Source: Candidatus Latescibacterota bacterium
GTDB taxonomy: Bacteria > Latescibacterota > UBA2968
Length of the DNA: 64,000 bases
Direction of reading: 5' to 3'
NCBI GenBank assembly: GCA_965222605.1
Contig: OZ244960.1
Coordinates: 5,824,001 to 5,888,000, forward strand
A program made the position numbers and the translations under genes. Positions 28,044-38,470 of the stretch are shown here, in pieces (the first letter of the stretch is position 1; each line of letters starts with the position of its first letter). A model generated the notes under the pieces. That model saw only the letters and a program-made list of their open reading frames with translations, was not told where the DNA came from and ran no database searches.

Positions 28044-29729
28044 TTACTTTTTATTACCACTTCTCACTCTCGCCCATGTGTCGCGCAGAGTAATTGTTCG
28101 GTTTAATACGAGCTTTTCATCTGATGAGTCTGTATCGACACAGAAATAGCCCAGGCGCTCAAATTGGACTACGTGACCAACTTCTGCCCCTTTCATGCTC
28201 GGCTCGACATAACAGGTGGGACGCACTTCCAGTGAGTCGGGATTTAAGTTGGCTGTGAAGTCCTCTCCATCTTTGGTTCGGGTTGGGCTTACAGTCATGA
28301 ACAGCCGATCAAATAATCGCACTTCGGCCTCCAGTGCGTGTTTGGCCGATACCCAGTGCAATGTCGAGCGAACCCGGCGTTTATCGGGTGTTGTTCCACC
28401 TCGGCTTTCGGGATCCCAGGTACAGCGCAGCTCGATCACGTTGCCGTCGTCGTCCTTCACGGCATCCTGGCAGGTGATATAACACGCCGCGCGCAACCGC
28501 ACTTCGCGTCCAGGCGCAAGACGGTAAAATTTGCGCGGGGGATCTTCCATAAAATCTTCCCGCTCGATGTACAGTTCCCGCGAAAAGGGAACGGGGCGCG
28601 TGCCCGCATCGGGGTCTTCGGGATTGATCATCGCTTCAAATGTCTCTTCTTCGTCTTCGGGATAGTTTTCAATGACCACTTTTAAGGGATCGATCACGCC
28701 CATTACCCGGGGCGCGACTTTGTTCAGGTGCTCGCGAATATAGAATTCAAACAAATCTATTTCTGCCGTTGTATCCCGCCGGTTCATTCCCACGCGCCAG
28801 ATAAAATTCACAATGGCTTGTGGCGGTATCCCGCGCCGTCGCATCCCCGAAAGCGTGGGCATGCGCGGGTCGTCCCATCCGTTTACGAGATTGCGTTCGA
28901 CCAGTTGGGTCAGCATGCGCTTGCTGGTCAATGTGTAGGTGATATTCAACCTCGCAAATTCAATTTGCCGCGAGGGAAAGATCTCTAATTGCTGGATGTA
29001 CCAATCGTACAGGGGGCGGTGTTCCGCAAATTCAATGCTGCACAGCGAATGCGTCACTTGTTCAATGGCGTCGGATTGCCCGTGTGCCCAATCGTACATT
29101 GGATAAATACACCACTTGTCACCCGTGCGGTGGTGTGACGTGTGTTTGATGCGATACATTACGGGATCGCGCATGTTCATATTTGGCGATGCCATATCGG
29201 CCTTTGCGCGCAATGTACACGCGCCATCGGGAAATTCTCCATTTTTCATCCGCGCAAATAGATCGAGATTTTCCGACACGGTGCGATCTCGATAGGGGCT
29301 GTTTTTCCCCGGTTCTGTCACTGTTCCGCGGTAATCGCGTATCTCCTGTGGACTCAGGTCGCAGACATAGGCTTTCCCCTGCTGAATGAGTTCCACAGCA
29401 TAATCGTAGAGTTGGTCAAAATAGTCAGAGGCAAAGTACAATCCGTCGCCCCAATCAAAGCCCATCCACTTCAAATCTTCTTTGATGGACTCGACGTATT
29501 CGGTGTCTTCTCGGTCTGGATTGGTGTCGTCAAACCGGAGATTGCACTGTCCGTCAAATTCCTCGGCGAGACCAAAGTCCAGACAAAAAGCCTTGGCATG
29601 ACCAATGTGCAGATAGCCGTTTGGCTCTGGCGGAAAGCGCGTTACGATTTTTTTGTGTTTGCCATTTTTTACGTCTTCGCGAACAATTTCTCGGATAAAA
29701 TCCGTTGGTGCGTCTTCGGTTATTGCCAT
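28044..29729 (-). CDS. glnS: glutamine--tRNA ligase
   Basis: [42 protein letters not shown]. Confidence 0.96.
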   Translation of the reverse strand: MAITEDAPTDFIREIVREDVKNGKHKKIVTRFPPEPNGYLHIGHAKAFCLDFGLAEEFDGQCNLRFDDTNPDREDTEYVESIKEDLKWMGFDWGDGLYFASDYFDQLYDYAVELIQQGKAYVCDLSPQEIRDYRGTVTEPGKNSPYRDRTVSENLDLFARMKNGEFPDGACTLRAKADMASPNMNMRDPVMYRIKHTSHHRTGDKWCIYPMYDWAHGQSDAIEQVTHSLCSIEFAEHRPLYDWYIQQLEIFPSRQIEFARLNITYTLTSKRMLTQLVERNLVNGWDDPRMPTLSGMRRRGIPPQAIVNFIWRVGMNRRDTTAEIDLFEFYIREHLNKVAPRVMGVIDPLKVVIENYPEDEEETFEAMINPEDPDAGTRPVPFSRELYIEREDFMEDPPRKFYRLAPGREVRLRAACYITCQDAVKDDDGNVIELRCTWDPESRGGTTPDKRRVRSTLHWVSAKHALEAEVRLFDRLFMTVSPTRTKDGEDFTANLNPDSLEVRPTCYVEPSMKGAEVGHVVQFERLGYFCVDTDSSDEKLVLNRTITLRDTWARVRSGNKK

Positions 29730-29776
29730 TTTAAAACCTTTTGGGTTGTTAGTTGTCAGTCTTCAGCTTTTTCACT

Positions 29777-31489
29777 TCACACTTCACACTTCACACGTTC
29801 TATCACCTGATCCAGAGGCACATCTGAGCGGTCATCTTCATGTCTCAGTTTCATCTCCACCTGTCCATTGGCCAGGCCGCGCGATCCCACGGTCAACCGT
29901 ATTGGAATGCCGATCAAATCTGCATCATTGAATTTTACGCCTGCGCGTTCATCGCGGTCATCGAGCAAGACATCCAGGCCCGCGGCCTTTAGTTGCTCAT
30001 ACAATTTCTCGGCGGCTTCCAGTTCTCCTGCGGGTTTTCGACCCGTCAGAACTACGATTTGTACCTCAAATGGCGCGACGGATATCGGCCAGATAATGCC
30101 GTGGTCATCGTGATGGGCTTCGATAATACACGCCAATAGCCGGCCCACGCCGATGCCGTAACAGCCCATGACGAGGGGCTGCATTTTGCCGTTTTCATCC
30201 AGGACCTTCGCGCCCATGCTGTCGCTGTACTTTGTGCCGAGCTTGAAGATATTGCCCACTTCAATGCCGCGCGTGCTGTCGAGCGGGGTTTCACATTCTG
30301 GACAGGGCATGCCTTTTTCTACGGCGATGAGGTCTGTGACGATGTCAGGCTTAAAATCGCGTCCGACATTGACATTTAAGCAGTGATACCCTTCCTCATT
30401 TGCGCCCGATACAAAATTTGTTCCTTTTGCGATGGCTTTATCTGCGACTACGATAGCATTTTTTACGGCCATTGGCGACGCATATCCCGGTACTGCGTCA
30501 ACTGCTGTGATTTCCTCATCTGTTGCAGGACGCAATGCCTGCGCCTTTACCACATTGGCCAGCTTGGTTTCGTTCAACTCGTGATCGCCGCGCAATACCG
30601 CAAATATAAATTTGTCTTCGCCATTTATTGTGCCGATTAAAAATACGGCTTTGGCTGTTTTGCTCTGCGGCACATCCAAAAACGACGCGACTTCTTCAAT
30701 GGTTTTGCAATTGGGAGTCGCCACTTTTTGCAGGGGTTCTTCGCTATCTGCTTCAATGGCTTCTCGCTTATATGTCGCTATCTGTCGATTGGCGCGATAA
30801 CCGCATGTATCACATAAGAGCAGGGTGTCTTCACCGCCCGGGTTTAAGTACATAAATTCGTGCGCTTCTGTCCCGCCCATCATACCCGGGTCGCTTTCTA
30901 CTGAGATGACGTGATCGCCCAATCCCGCGCGTTCAAATATCCGCTGATATGCTTCGTACATGCGCGGATAATACGCATCTAAACCCGCCTGGTCGATGTG
31001 AAAGCTGTATCCGTCTTTCATCGTAAATTCGCGTACGCGAATCAATCCGCCCCGGCTGCGTGGCTCGTCGCGGAATTTGGTTTGAAGTTGGAACGCGCTC
31101 AATGGCAATTGTCGGTAGCTCTGTACCATGTGGCGCGCCAAATCGGTTACGACTTCTTCGTGCGTCATTGCCAAACACATGTCGCGGTCTGCGCGGTCTT
31201 TCATGCGCATCATTTCCTGTCCCACATCGTCCCACCGCCCGCTCTCGCGCCAGATTTCCGCGGGTTGCACCACGGGCATTGAAATTTCAAAGCAATCTGC
31301 TCGTTCCATTTCCTCGCGCAAAATCTGTTCGATGTTCCGCTTCACGCGCAATCCCAGCGGCAAGAAACTAAAAATTCCCGATGCCAGAGATCGGATCAAT
31401 CCCGCGCGCAGGGCCAACTGGTGGCTGATCGCTTCTGCATCCGCGGGTACCTCGCGCAGGGTTTGTGTCAACAATTGAGAATAACGCAT
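29777..31489 (-). CDS. proS: proline--tRNA ligase
   Basis: SHQLALRAG, KFRDEPRSRGGLIRVREF, EVGNIFKLGTKYS, MGCYGIGVGR. Confidence 0.96.
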   Translation of the reverse strand: MRYSQLLTQTLREVPADAEAISHQLALRAGLIRSLASGIFSFLPLGLRVKRNIEQILREEMERADCFEISMPVVQPAEIWRESGRWDDVGQEMMRMKDRADRDMCLAMTHEEVVTDLARHMVQSYRQLPLSAFQLQTKFRDEPRSRGGLIRVREFTMKDGYSFHIDQAGLDAYYPRMYEAYQRIFERAGLGDHVISVESDPGMMGGTEAHEFMYLNPGGEDTLLLCDTCGYRANRQIATYKREAIEADSEEPLQKVATPNCKTIEEVASFLDVPQSKTAKAVFLIGTINGEDKFIFAVLRGDHELNETKLANVVKAQALRPATDEEITAVDAVPGYASPMAVKNAIVVADKAIAKGTNFVSGANEEGYHCLNVNVGRDFKPDIVTDLIAVEKGMPCPECETPLDSTRGIEVGNIFKLGTKYSDSMGAKVLDENGKMQPLVMGCYGIGVGRLLACIIEAHHDDHGIIWPISVAPFEVQIVVLTGRKPAGELEAAEKLYEQLKAAGLDVLLDDRDERAGVKFNDADLIGIPIRLTVGSRGLANGQVEMKLRHEDDRSDVPLDQVIERVKCEV

Positions 31490-31608
31490 TTCTATTCCTT
31501 TTGAAAATTCCTGGAAAATATAAACAAAATATGAGGATCAGAGCCAAATATTGTATTCGGTTTGATATTGTGGACGATTCGGCGTTACATAAAGTTTCAC
31601 GATAGGCA

Positions 31609-32289
31609 TCATGCACGCCCAAGTGCGATTAACAGATCTGGACGATTTGAGCCGACGGCATCAACCCCCAGATCGATAACACGCTGTATCTCCTCAACCG
31701 TGTCGGGGTTCCAGGCACGGATCATGAGGCCGTGTGCATGCGCTTTCTGAACGAGCTGGGCGTCAATATTCGGATGCAGGATGTGTATCGCTTCCGCCCC
31801 CATATCGACAGCTTGTTCACACGCATCATCTGGTGGATTCGACCACAACGCACCCAGCGCCAGGCTCGGATTCAACTGACGCGCTTCGCGTAGTCGCTCA
31901 TGGACAAACGAAGTCAGAAGTACCTCGCTTTCCATACTATTTCGCTCAACCGTCCGGACGACAGGCTCGGCGGTGTCGGGCCCTTTCAGTTCAATCTGAA
32001 GAACCACTTTCCCGCGCACCAGATCTATCACTTCCTGTAGCGTGGGAATGCGCTCTCCTTTGCCGGCGTCCAACCGCTTAACTTCCTCTAACGTAAAGTC
32101 GGCGATCGCACCCTGTCCATCGGTCGTTCGATCCACGGTGGCATCGTGAATGACGACGAGGTGCTGATCGCGCGTGAGGTGCACATCAATCTCGACCTGA
32201 TCGACGCTGAGATCTATCGCTTTTTGAATGGATAGTCGCGTATTTTCAGGTTCGAGTTCTGCTGCTCCCCGGTGTCCTGTAAGAATCAT
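31609..32289 (-). CDS. glycerophosphodiester phosphodiesterase
   Basis: GHRGA...PENT, EIDV, IHD, IELK. Confidence 0.9.
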   Translation of the reverse strand: MILTGHRGAAELEPENTRLSIQKAIDLSVDQVEIDVHLTRDQHLVVIHDATVDRTTDGQGAIADFTLEEVKRLDAGKGERIPTLQEVIDLVRGKVVLQIELKGPDTAEPVVRTVERNSMESEVLLTSFVHERLREARQLNPSLALGALWSNPPDDACEQAVDMGAEAIHILHPNIDAQLVQKAHAHGLMIRAWNPDTVEEIQRVIDLGVDAVGSNRPDLLIALGRA

Positions 32290-32322
32290 TTGAGTCCTCT
32301 CTGTGGTAATGGTAAAGTAAAT

Positions 32323-33138
32323 CTATCCAATCTCGACCACCAGCCCATCTTCGCCCACCATGACTTCGCCGCCGTATTCTTTCCGAATCTGATCGCCCAT
32401 GCGATGCACGGCTTGTAGATCACCCGTGATGTCTTCGATTACCAGATGCTTGATCATCACGCGTTTGACATTGGCCTCGGTTGCGATTTCCGCGATTTCT
32501 GGGGGGGTAATATGCCACGATCCCCAGGGTTGGGTCGCCAAAAATTCAGCCGTGCCCGAACATTCTATGGATAATAAATCGGCATCTTGACAGAATGCTG
32601 GGAATTCCGCATCGGGATTTCCGTCGCCTGTGATTATGACGCGGTGATCTTTTGTGCCGATGCGGTAGGCGAGTGTGGGGATGCCGCCGTGATCTGTGAA
32701 TGTTGCGGACAGTTGAAAATCGTCCGTGGATAGAAATTCGCCTTTTTCTCCGATCTCAATGACTTCTGGATCGAGTACACTGTCGTCTTTTCCATGCCCA
32801 ATCCGACTTTGAATATCCTGCTCAAAGGGCGGGCGAATTACATGTGATACAAAGTGTTTTGTACCGACGGGACCATAAATTTGCAAGGGTTTTTTGCGGA
32901 CCTTTACCCAGCCGACAAATACGAGATAGGGGACATCGACGATGTGATCAAAGTGCAGGTGTGTCAAGAATAGCCGATCTACATTTTCGCAATTTACACC
33001 TGCACGCGCCAAATTTGTACACGCTGATCGACCGCAGTCAAACATCCAGTTTTCATTGCCGATTTGCAATAATTGCGATGGTCCACCGCGATTCGGGTTG
33101 TCTCGCACCGCACCACTGCCGAGCATGATATATCGCAT
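32323..33138 (-). CDS. MBL-fold hydrolase (RNase Z/AtsA-like)
   Basis: LGSG, FDCG, THLHFDH, ITGD, KHL. Confidence 0.85.
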   Translation of the reverse strand: MRYIMLGSGAVRDNPNRGGPSQLLQIGNENWMFDCGRSACTNLARAGVNCENVDRLFLTHLHFDHIVDVPYLVFVGWVKVRKKPLQIYGPVGTKHFVSHVIRPPFEQDIQSRIGHGKDDSVLDPEVIEIGEKGEFLSTDDFQLSATFTDHGGIPTLAYRIGTKDHRVIITGDGNPDAEFPAFCQDADLLSIECSGTAEFLATQPWGSWHITPPEIAEIATEANVKRVMIKHLVIEDITGDLQAVHRMGDQIRKEYGGEVMVGEDGLVVEIG

Positions 33139-33149
33139 GATTAAATCCT

Positions 33150-34112
33150 CTATAACGGTCCGTTGACGGGAAATTCGGGTTTTTGTCCGTTGAGGACACG
33201 CACAATATCCGCTGCTACCATTGCCATTTTTTGTATCGATTCGGTCGAGTGGCCGGAATAATGGGGCGATAGAAGTACGTTGTCGAGTTCGCACAGGGGG
33301 TTGTCTGGCGTTGCGGGTTCTTGTTCAAAGACGTCGATGATTGCGCCGCCAATTTGTTTGTTTTTGAGTGCGGTTACGAGTGCCTGTTCGTCGATGACTG
33401 GCCCGCGGCTGCAATTGGCGATGATGGCGTGGGGTTGCATGCGGGCGAGTGTGTCGGCATTGATGAGGTGATGCGTGCTGTCGAGAAGGGGGACGTTGAG
33501 GCTGATATAGTCCGAGGTAGATAGGAGTTCGTCCAATTCTACGCGGCGCACATTCAGGCGGTTTTCTTCTTCTGTGGGTGCGGGAAATTCATCGGTGTAG
33601 ATGACGTTCATTCTGAAGCCGAGGGAGCAGATTTCCGCAAGGCGACGGCCTATGCGACCAAAGCCAATAATGCCCAGGGTTTTGCCGAGTAATTCTGGGG
33701 CGTGTACGCGATCTCGAAACGCCCAGTCGCCAGAGCGGGTCGCGGTATCGGCTTGACCAATTTTGCGCGGCAGGGCGATGAAGGACATAGCGAGATATTC
33801 GGCGACAGCTTCTACGGGTGCGCCGGGTGTATTGACGACATAAATACCGCGCTCGGTGGCGGCGTCAACGTCGATATTATCGACGCCAATGCCGTGGCGA
33901 CCTATGACTTTGAGACGCGGTGCGCGATCCATTACAGGTCCGTCAATAATGCCGCGCGCGCGTGCGAGAATGCCGTCGGCGTGTTTGACCGAGGCGATGA
34001 TTTGATCGGGTTCAAATCCTTTGGCCCAGAGGATATCGCAGTCGTTTTTGAGAAGGTGATCTTGTCCACAGGGATGTACGGGTTCAAAGAGTAGGATGTT
34101 GAATTTTGCCAC
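33150..34112 (-). CDS. D-2-hydroxyacid dehydrogenase (SerA-like)
   Basis: RHGIGVDNID, GIIGFGRIG, NCSRG, DVFEQEP, SPH. Confidence 0.9.
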   Translation of the reverse strand: MAKFNILLFEPVHPCGQDHLLKNDCDILWAKGFEPDQIIASVKHADGILARARGIIDGPVMDRAPRLKVIGRHGIGVDNIDVDAATERGIYVVNTPGAPVEAVAEYLAMSFIALPRKIGQADTATRSGDWAFRDRVHAPELLGKTLGIIGFGRIGRRLAEICSLGFRMNVIYTDEFPAPTEEENRLNVRRVELDELLSTSDYISLNVPLLDSTHHLINADTLARMQPHAIIANCSRGPVIDEQALVTALKNKQIGGAIIDVFEQEPATPDNPLCELDNVLLSPHYSGHSTESIQKMAMVAADIVRVLNGQKPEFPVNGPL

Positions 34113-34254
34113 AGTGTGTCCTTTCTATTGTTGTTTTTGTAAAAACATAGTGTATATCCGGAGTGCGATTTTGTCAAGATGCGAGAATTTTATTTTTCTA
34201 TATTCTGTCTTGCTTCGTTTTTGGGTTTTGTATATATTTTCCCTTCTATGAGGC

Positions 34255-34329
34255 GACCCCGTCGTTCAGTGGTTAGGACACCGGGTTTTCATCCCGGCAA
34301 CGGGGGTTCGATTCCCCTCGGGGTCGCCA
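34255..34329 (+). tRNA. tRNA-Glu(UUC)
   Basis: GACCCCG...CGGGGTC-G-CCA, anticodon loop TT-TTC-AT, GGTTCGATTCC. Confidence 0.95.
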
Positions 34330-34352
34330 TTAAAATTTAAGTGTATTATTCA

Positions 34353-34381
34353 GGGGTCGTGACTTCACGACCCTTATTTTA
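34353..34381 (+). terminator. intrinsic terminator after tRNA-Glu
   Basis: GGGTCGTGA-CT-TCACGACCC plus TTATTTT. Confidence 0.7.
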
Positions 34382-34465
34382 TTGGTGGATGAATGGGAGA
34401 TACGGGCTATATTGGGAAACGATTTGTTTATTGATCAGTAATCCCGAATAAAGAAAGGAGTTCTT

Positions 34466-35614
34466 TTGACAATTGCACCTCTTCTTTCACCCGATGCTTT
34501 TGAAGGTATTGAAGGCCTGACGCATCTGTGTACGGGGGGTGAATCCCCGTGGCTTAAAAGTCAGGCTGGGGTATATGCCGAGTTTGCCAAATTCAAGGGT
34601 GGGTCACACAAGGGCCGCGATAAAATTTACGACCGCGGAGAACGCTGTCGCAAGCGCATGGGGCAGCTCTGGAATGTGCCGGCCAATCGCATCGCGTTTA
34701 TGCCTTCTGCTGCCGAGGGCATGGGCTGGTTTTCGCGGGGGTTAGACTGGCAGCGCGGCGATAATGTCGTGACCAATAATCTCGAGTTTCCCTCTGTGGC
34801 GTATGCGTGGAAGCACCTGCGATCCAGAGGCGTTGAAGTCCGATTGGTACCGCACAGGCAGTGGCGGGTGCGCGAAGAGGACCTGCTCGCCGCTGTTGAT
34901 TTTCGCACGCGCGTTCTCGCAGTCAGCCATGTGGGGTTTTACACGGGGCAGTGTTTGAATTTGGCGCAACTCTCTGAGGGCGCGCGAAAAAAAGGCGCGT
35001 TATTTGCCGTTGATGCGACGCATTCTTCGGGGGTTTTGCGCGTGCCAGCGCAGTTGACAGATCTCACGGTGAGCAGCAGTTACAAATGGCTTTTGGCAAC
35101 GCATGGTACAGCCCCTTGTTATTTGAGCGAACGCGCAGAGGAGCAGGTTGCATCGACGTGTTTTGGCTGGCATAATCTCAAAGTGTGGCCCGAACAGACT
35201 GCCGAGCGCGATCCCGAGGTCGCCGAGCAACCCATGCCGGAAAAACTCGAACCCGGGAATCCGGCTATGCAGGTGATTATGCATCTGGATCACGCGCTGG
35301 GTGTGATTTTAGATATTGGTCCCGAGAAGATTGAAAATCACGCACGCGATTTGTCCGAATTGGTGTCTCGTGGTCTTGCGAAGTTGGGTTACGAGGTCAT
35401 TTCGCCAAGTAATCGAGAAGCGCGGTCGGGGAATACCTGTTTTGCGTGTGAAGATGGTCGCGAGATGGTCTATCGCCTTGAAGAGCGCAATGTTTTTTGC
35501 TGGGGCGAGTTTGGGCGGGTGCGCGTTTCTACGCATTTGTACAATAGTAGCGATGATGTGGCGCGATTGCTCGATGCGCTGAATGAAGTAATCCGCAGAA
35601 AAAAACGCGAGTGA
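34466..35614 (+). CDS. class V PLP aminotransferase (cysteine desulfurase-like)
   Basis: EFPS, VDATH, SSYKWLL, RVSTHLYN. Confidence 0.88.
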   Translation: MTIAPLLSPDAFEGIEGLTHLCTGGESPWLKSQAGVYAEFAKFKGGSHKGRDKIYDRGERCRKRMGQLWNVPANRIAFMPSAAEGMGWFSRGLDWQRGDNVVTNNLEFPSVAYAWKHLRSRGVEVRLVPHRQWRVREEDLLAAVDFRTRVLAVSHVGFYTGQCLNLAQLSEGARKKGALFAVDATHSSGVLRVPAQLTDLTVSSSYKWLLATHGTAPCYLSERAEEQVASTCFGWHNLKVWPEQTAERDPEVAEQPMPEKLEPGNPAMQVIMHLDHALGVILDIGPEKIENHARDLSELVSRGLAKLGYEVISPSNREARSGNTCFACEDGREMVYRLEERNVFCWGEFGRVRVSTHLYNSSDDVARLLDALNEVIRRKKRE

Positions 35615-35650
35615 GCGGTGTACAACTGGCCGCCTCTCAGGCCAGTTCAT
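35613..35650 (+). repeat. hairpin mini-element copy
   Basis: GAGCGGTGTACAACT-GGC-loop-GCC-AGTTCAT overlapping the stop codon. Confidence 0.7.
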
Positions 35651-35685
35651 TTGAGCGTTTTTCGCAGATGGTCGCAGATAAAAAT

Positions 35686-35712
35686 GTAGGGGCGGGTTTC
35701 GAACCCACCCGT
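35686..35712 (+). repeat. GTAG-type REP palindrome
   Basis: GTAG-GGGCGGGTTTCGAACCCACCC. Confidence 0.55.
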
Positions 35713-35733
35713 TTTTAAGAAAGGATGTTAGCC

Positions 35734-36564
35734 ATGATGAAATTGGGATGTATGTCTCTGAGTTACAAAGATCAGTTCAGTGCTGGCGAAATCGATATGG
35801 CGGGGTTTATCGACAAGGCGTATGATCTGCGCCTGGATGGGATTGATATTCACACGCGCGCGTTTGAATCTGAAGACCCAGCTTATTTGCGAGATATTCG
35901 CATGCGCTGTCTCAGGCGCGGTCTGGCGATTTCGTATCTCGGTGTGAGCAATGATTTTGGCAGGCCCCAGGAAGAATTGCAGGAGGTGATAGATAGTGTC
36001 AAGCACTGGGTCGATGTTGCGGAGTTTATGGGTGTGCCACTCGTGCGGATTTTTGCGGCGTGGAATCGCAATGAAGAGCCTGAAGAACAGGTGTGGGATC
36101 GCATGATTCCCTGTATGCAGGAGGTCGCGGCATACGGGCAACAAAAGGGCATTGTTCTGGGCTTACACAATCACAATCACGGGTGTGTTACGCGCACGGG
36201 TAAAGACGTGCGTCGAATTCTCGAGATGGTCGATAATCCCTATTTGTCCCATATTCTCGACACAGGGCAATATGTCGGATCGCCGGGGTCGAGTGGTCAG
36301 CGCGGGACAGAAGATCCGGCATTGAATTTCTATGGGAGTATTGCAGAAACAGCCCCTCTTGCCGTGCATGTTCGCGCAAAGGTCTATCGCATCAGTACAG
36401 GAGAAGAGGTCTGGCTGAATTATCCGCGCATTTTTGAGATTTTGAATGGGGTGAATTACAATGGGTGGGTATCGATCGTGTATGAAGGACAGGATGAAGA
36501 GGCTGAAGAGACGGCGGTTCCCAAAGCCGTGAATTATCTGCGGCAATTTGTGCCGGGTGGGTGA
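35734..36564 (+). CDS. sugar phosphate isomerase/epimerase (xylose-isomerase-like TIM barrel)
   Basis: VRIFA, LGLHNH, LDTGQ, HVRAK, YNGWVSIVYEG. Confidence 0.8.
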   Translation: MMKLGCMSLSYKDQFSAGEIDMAGFIDKAYDLRLDGIDIHTRAFESEDPAYLRDIRMRCLRRGLAISYLGVSNDFGRPQEELQEVIDSVKHWVDVAEFMGVPLVRIFAAWNRNEEPEEQVWDRMIPCMQEVAAYGQQKGIVLGLHNHNHGCVTRTGKDVRRILEMVDNPYLSHILDTGQYVGSPGSSGQRGTEDPALNFYGSIAETAPLAVHVRAKVYRISTGEEVWLNYPRIFEILNGVNYNGWVSIVYEGQDEEAEETAVPKAVNYLRQFVPGG

Positions 36565-36659
36565 GGGGATGGCAGTGAGGTGCAGTCGGACTTTGAGGCC
36601 AAAGTGGAAGCGATAACGCGCTGATGGCCTGGCGTGCCGAAGTTTGCAAAAGGGGAGTG

Positions 36660-38429
36660 ATGATCATGCCCTGGGATAGCGATAGATTGTTGCAGCAAAT
36701 CGAACTTGGCGAGGACAGCCGCGTCGAGTTCAAGGAAGTTGTGTTTGCTGGTGGTCGCGTGCGGGCACCGCGTCGGGAAACCATCGCCGATGAATTGGCT
36801 GCTTTTGGCAACACCATCGGTGGCACATTGATCTTCAGTGTGTCAGACGCTGGTGAGGTGTGGTCGATGAACCGAAAACAAATGGATGCGTTGGAAGCCT
36901 TCGTCAGCGAGAATTGTTCGGACAGCATCCGTCCTCCGTTGGCGTTCGTCACCCAACGGCTGGCCTTGCCAGACGGTTCGTTCGCGTTGGTCGTCGAAGT
37001 CGAACAGAGTGCGTTGGTACACAAGAGCTCCGGGGGATATCTTTCCCGGCAGGGTAGCACCAGGCGAGAGTTGTCGTCGGAAGCATTGCACCGCCTGTTT
37101 CAACAGCGGGGGCGTTCTGGCCTTCTTGGCCCTGACGAAGCGATTGTCGCTGGGACAGGGGCCAATACGCTCGATGCGACGCTTGTGGACCGTTTCTTAA
37201 GTTCGCGTGCCACTGAGTCCACCGCGGCACAACTCGCAAAGCTGGGACTGGTGCGGGAGGATGACAACGGTGTGACCCGCGCAACAGTCGCCGGGGTGCT
37301 GCTTTGCACGATACGCCCGGATGAACACATACGCGGTGCGGTGATCGAAGCCGTTCGCTATCGCGGCACGGTACTCGGTCGTGCGAGCCAGCACGACGCG
37401 GCGTCAATTACTGGTCCATTGGATCGGCAGATCCGCGACGCCGTCAATTTCGCCAGGCTCAACACGCGGGTGGCGGCGCGCAAGGACCCCGGACGGGTGG
37501 AGGTCCCGCAATTCAGTCCGCGGGCGGTGTTCGAGGCCATCGTCAACGCCGTGGTCCACCGCGACTACTCAATGGAGAATACGAAGATACGGCTCTTTAT
37601 CTTCGACGATAGACTTGAGTTATGCTCTCCGGGTGCCCTGCCCAATACGCTGCCTATCGAAGCCATGCGAAATCGACAAGCCACCCGCAACGAAACGCTC
37701 GCGTCCGTCTTCCGTATGCTTGCAGTAGGGGATATCGTCGGTGCTGGCGACCAGCAGTACTTTTTGGAGCTACGCGGCGAAGGCGTTCCGATCATCTATG
37801 AGCAGACGCGGGATCTGACAGGGCACGACCCGAACTACGAACTGATCGGTGGCGCAGAACTGCGACTGACGATACCGTCCGCTCGTCCACCGGTAACGGG
37901 CATTGAAGGTGAAGTATCCGTATCTGCCGCGGGTCGGCCACTCGCGGGTGCAAAGGTCGTTGTGCTGTATCCCAACAAGACCTGGATGGAGGGGGAGACC
38001 GATACGTTTGGCCGGGTCGGTTTCGAGTTTCACTCGGAACTCCCCATCACCGTTTTTTGTGCGGCATCGGGGCACACAGCCCATGTGGAGCGGAATTGGT
38101 ACCCGCCAGAACTGCTCTCTGTACAGCTTGAGACGCTGCCAATGGGAGGATCAGAGATTTTCACGGAAGGAACAGGTCATTTGCCCGATTTGACCGGGCG
38201 ACTAAATCCGATCCTCGACGATCTAGACCGCATGTATCTTTACGCGATTAACGTCGCTATTGATGAAGGCAAGCAGCAACCCGTTTATTTCAAACTGAAT
38301 CAGCCCTTGCGGCTTACCGATGCCAACGGTTTTGAATGGGTCGTGCGGTTTGTTGAGATGATCGGAAGGTCGGCACTGCTGGAATACGAGTCCCCGGGCC
38401 AAAGACGGAGGACCAATGAACAGAGATGA
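36660..38429 (+). CDS. Schlafen/AlbA_2 + HATPase_c_4 (RecG-C-like) protein with extra C-terminal beta domain
   Basis: GEDSRVEFK, AFGNTIGG, EAIVNAVVHRDYS, IFDDRLELCSPG. Confidence 0.8.
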   Translation: MIMPWDSDRLLQQIELGEDSRVEFKEVVFAGGRVRAPRRETIADELAAFGNTIGGTLIFSVSDAGEVWSMNRKQMDALEAFVSENCSDSIRPPLAFVTQRLALPDGSFALVVEVEQSALVHKSSGGYLSRQGSTRRELSSEALHRLFQQRGRSGLLGPDEAIVAGTGANTLDATLVDRFLSSRATESTAAQLAKLGLVREDDNGVTRATVAGVLLCTIRPDEHIRGAVIEAVRYRGTVLGRASQHDAASITGPLDRQIRDAVNFARLNTRVAARKDPGRVEVPQFSPRAVFEAIVNAVVHRDYSMENTKIRLFIFDDRLELCSPGALPNTLPIEAMRNRQATRNETLASVFRMLAVGDIVGAGDQQYFLELRGEGVPIIYEQTRDLTGHDPNYELIGGAELRLTIPSARPPVTGIEGEVSVSAAGRPLAGAKVVVLYPNKTWMEGETDTFGRVGFEFHSELPITVFCAASGHTAHVERNWYPPELLSVQLETLPMGGSEIFTEGTGHLPDLTGRLNPILDDLDRMYLYAINVAIDEGKQQPVYFKLNQPLRLTDANGFEWVVRFVEMIGRSALLEYESPGQRRRTNEQR

Positions 38430-38470
38430 GGTTCTGTATGTCATGAGTATTTTTTACGAGGTACATCGTT

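Noticed and set aside
29768-29797. TTCACAC heptamer repeats at the proS stop
   Set aside because: Only about three copies; a short intergenic repeat with no supportable function.
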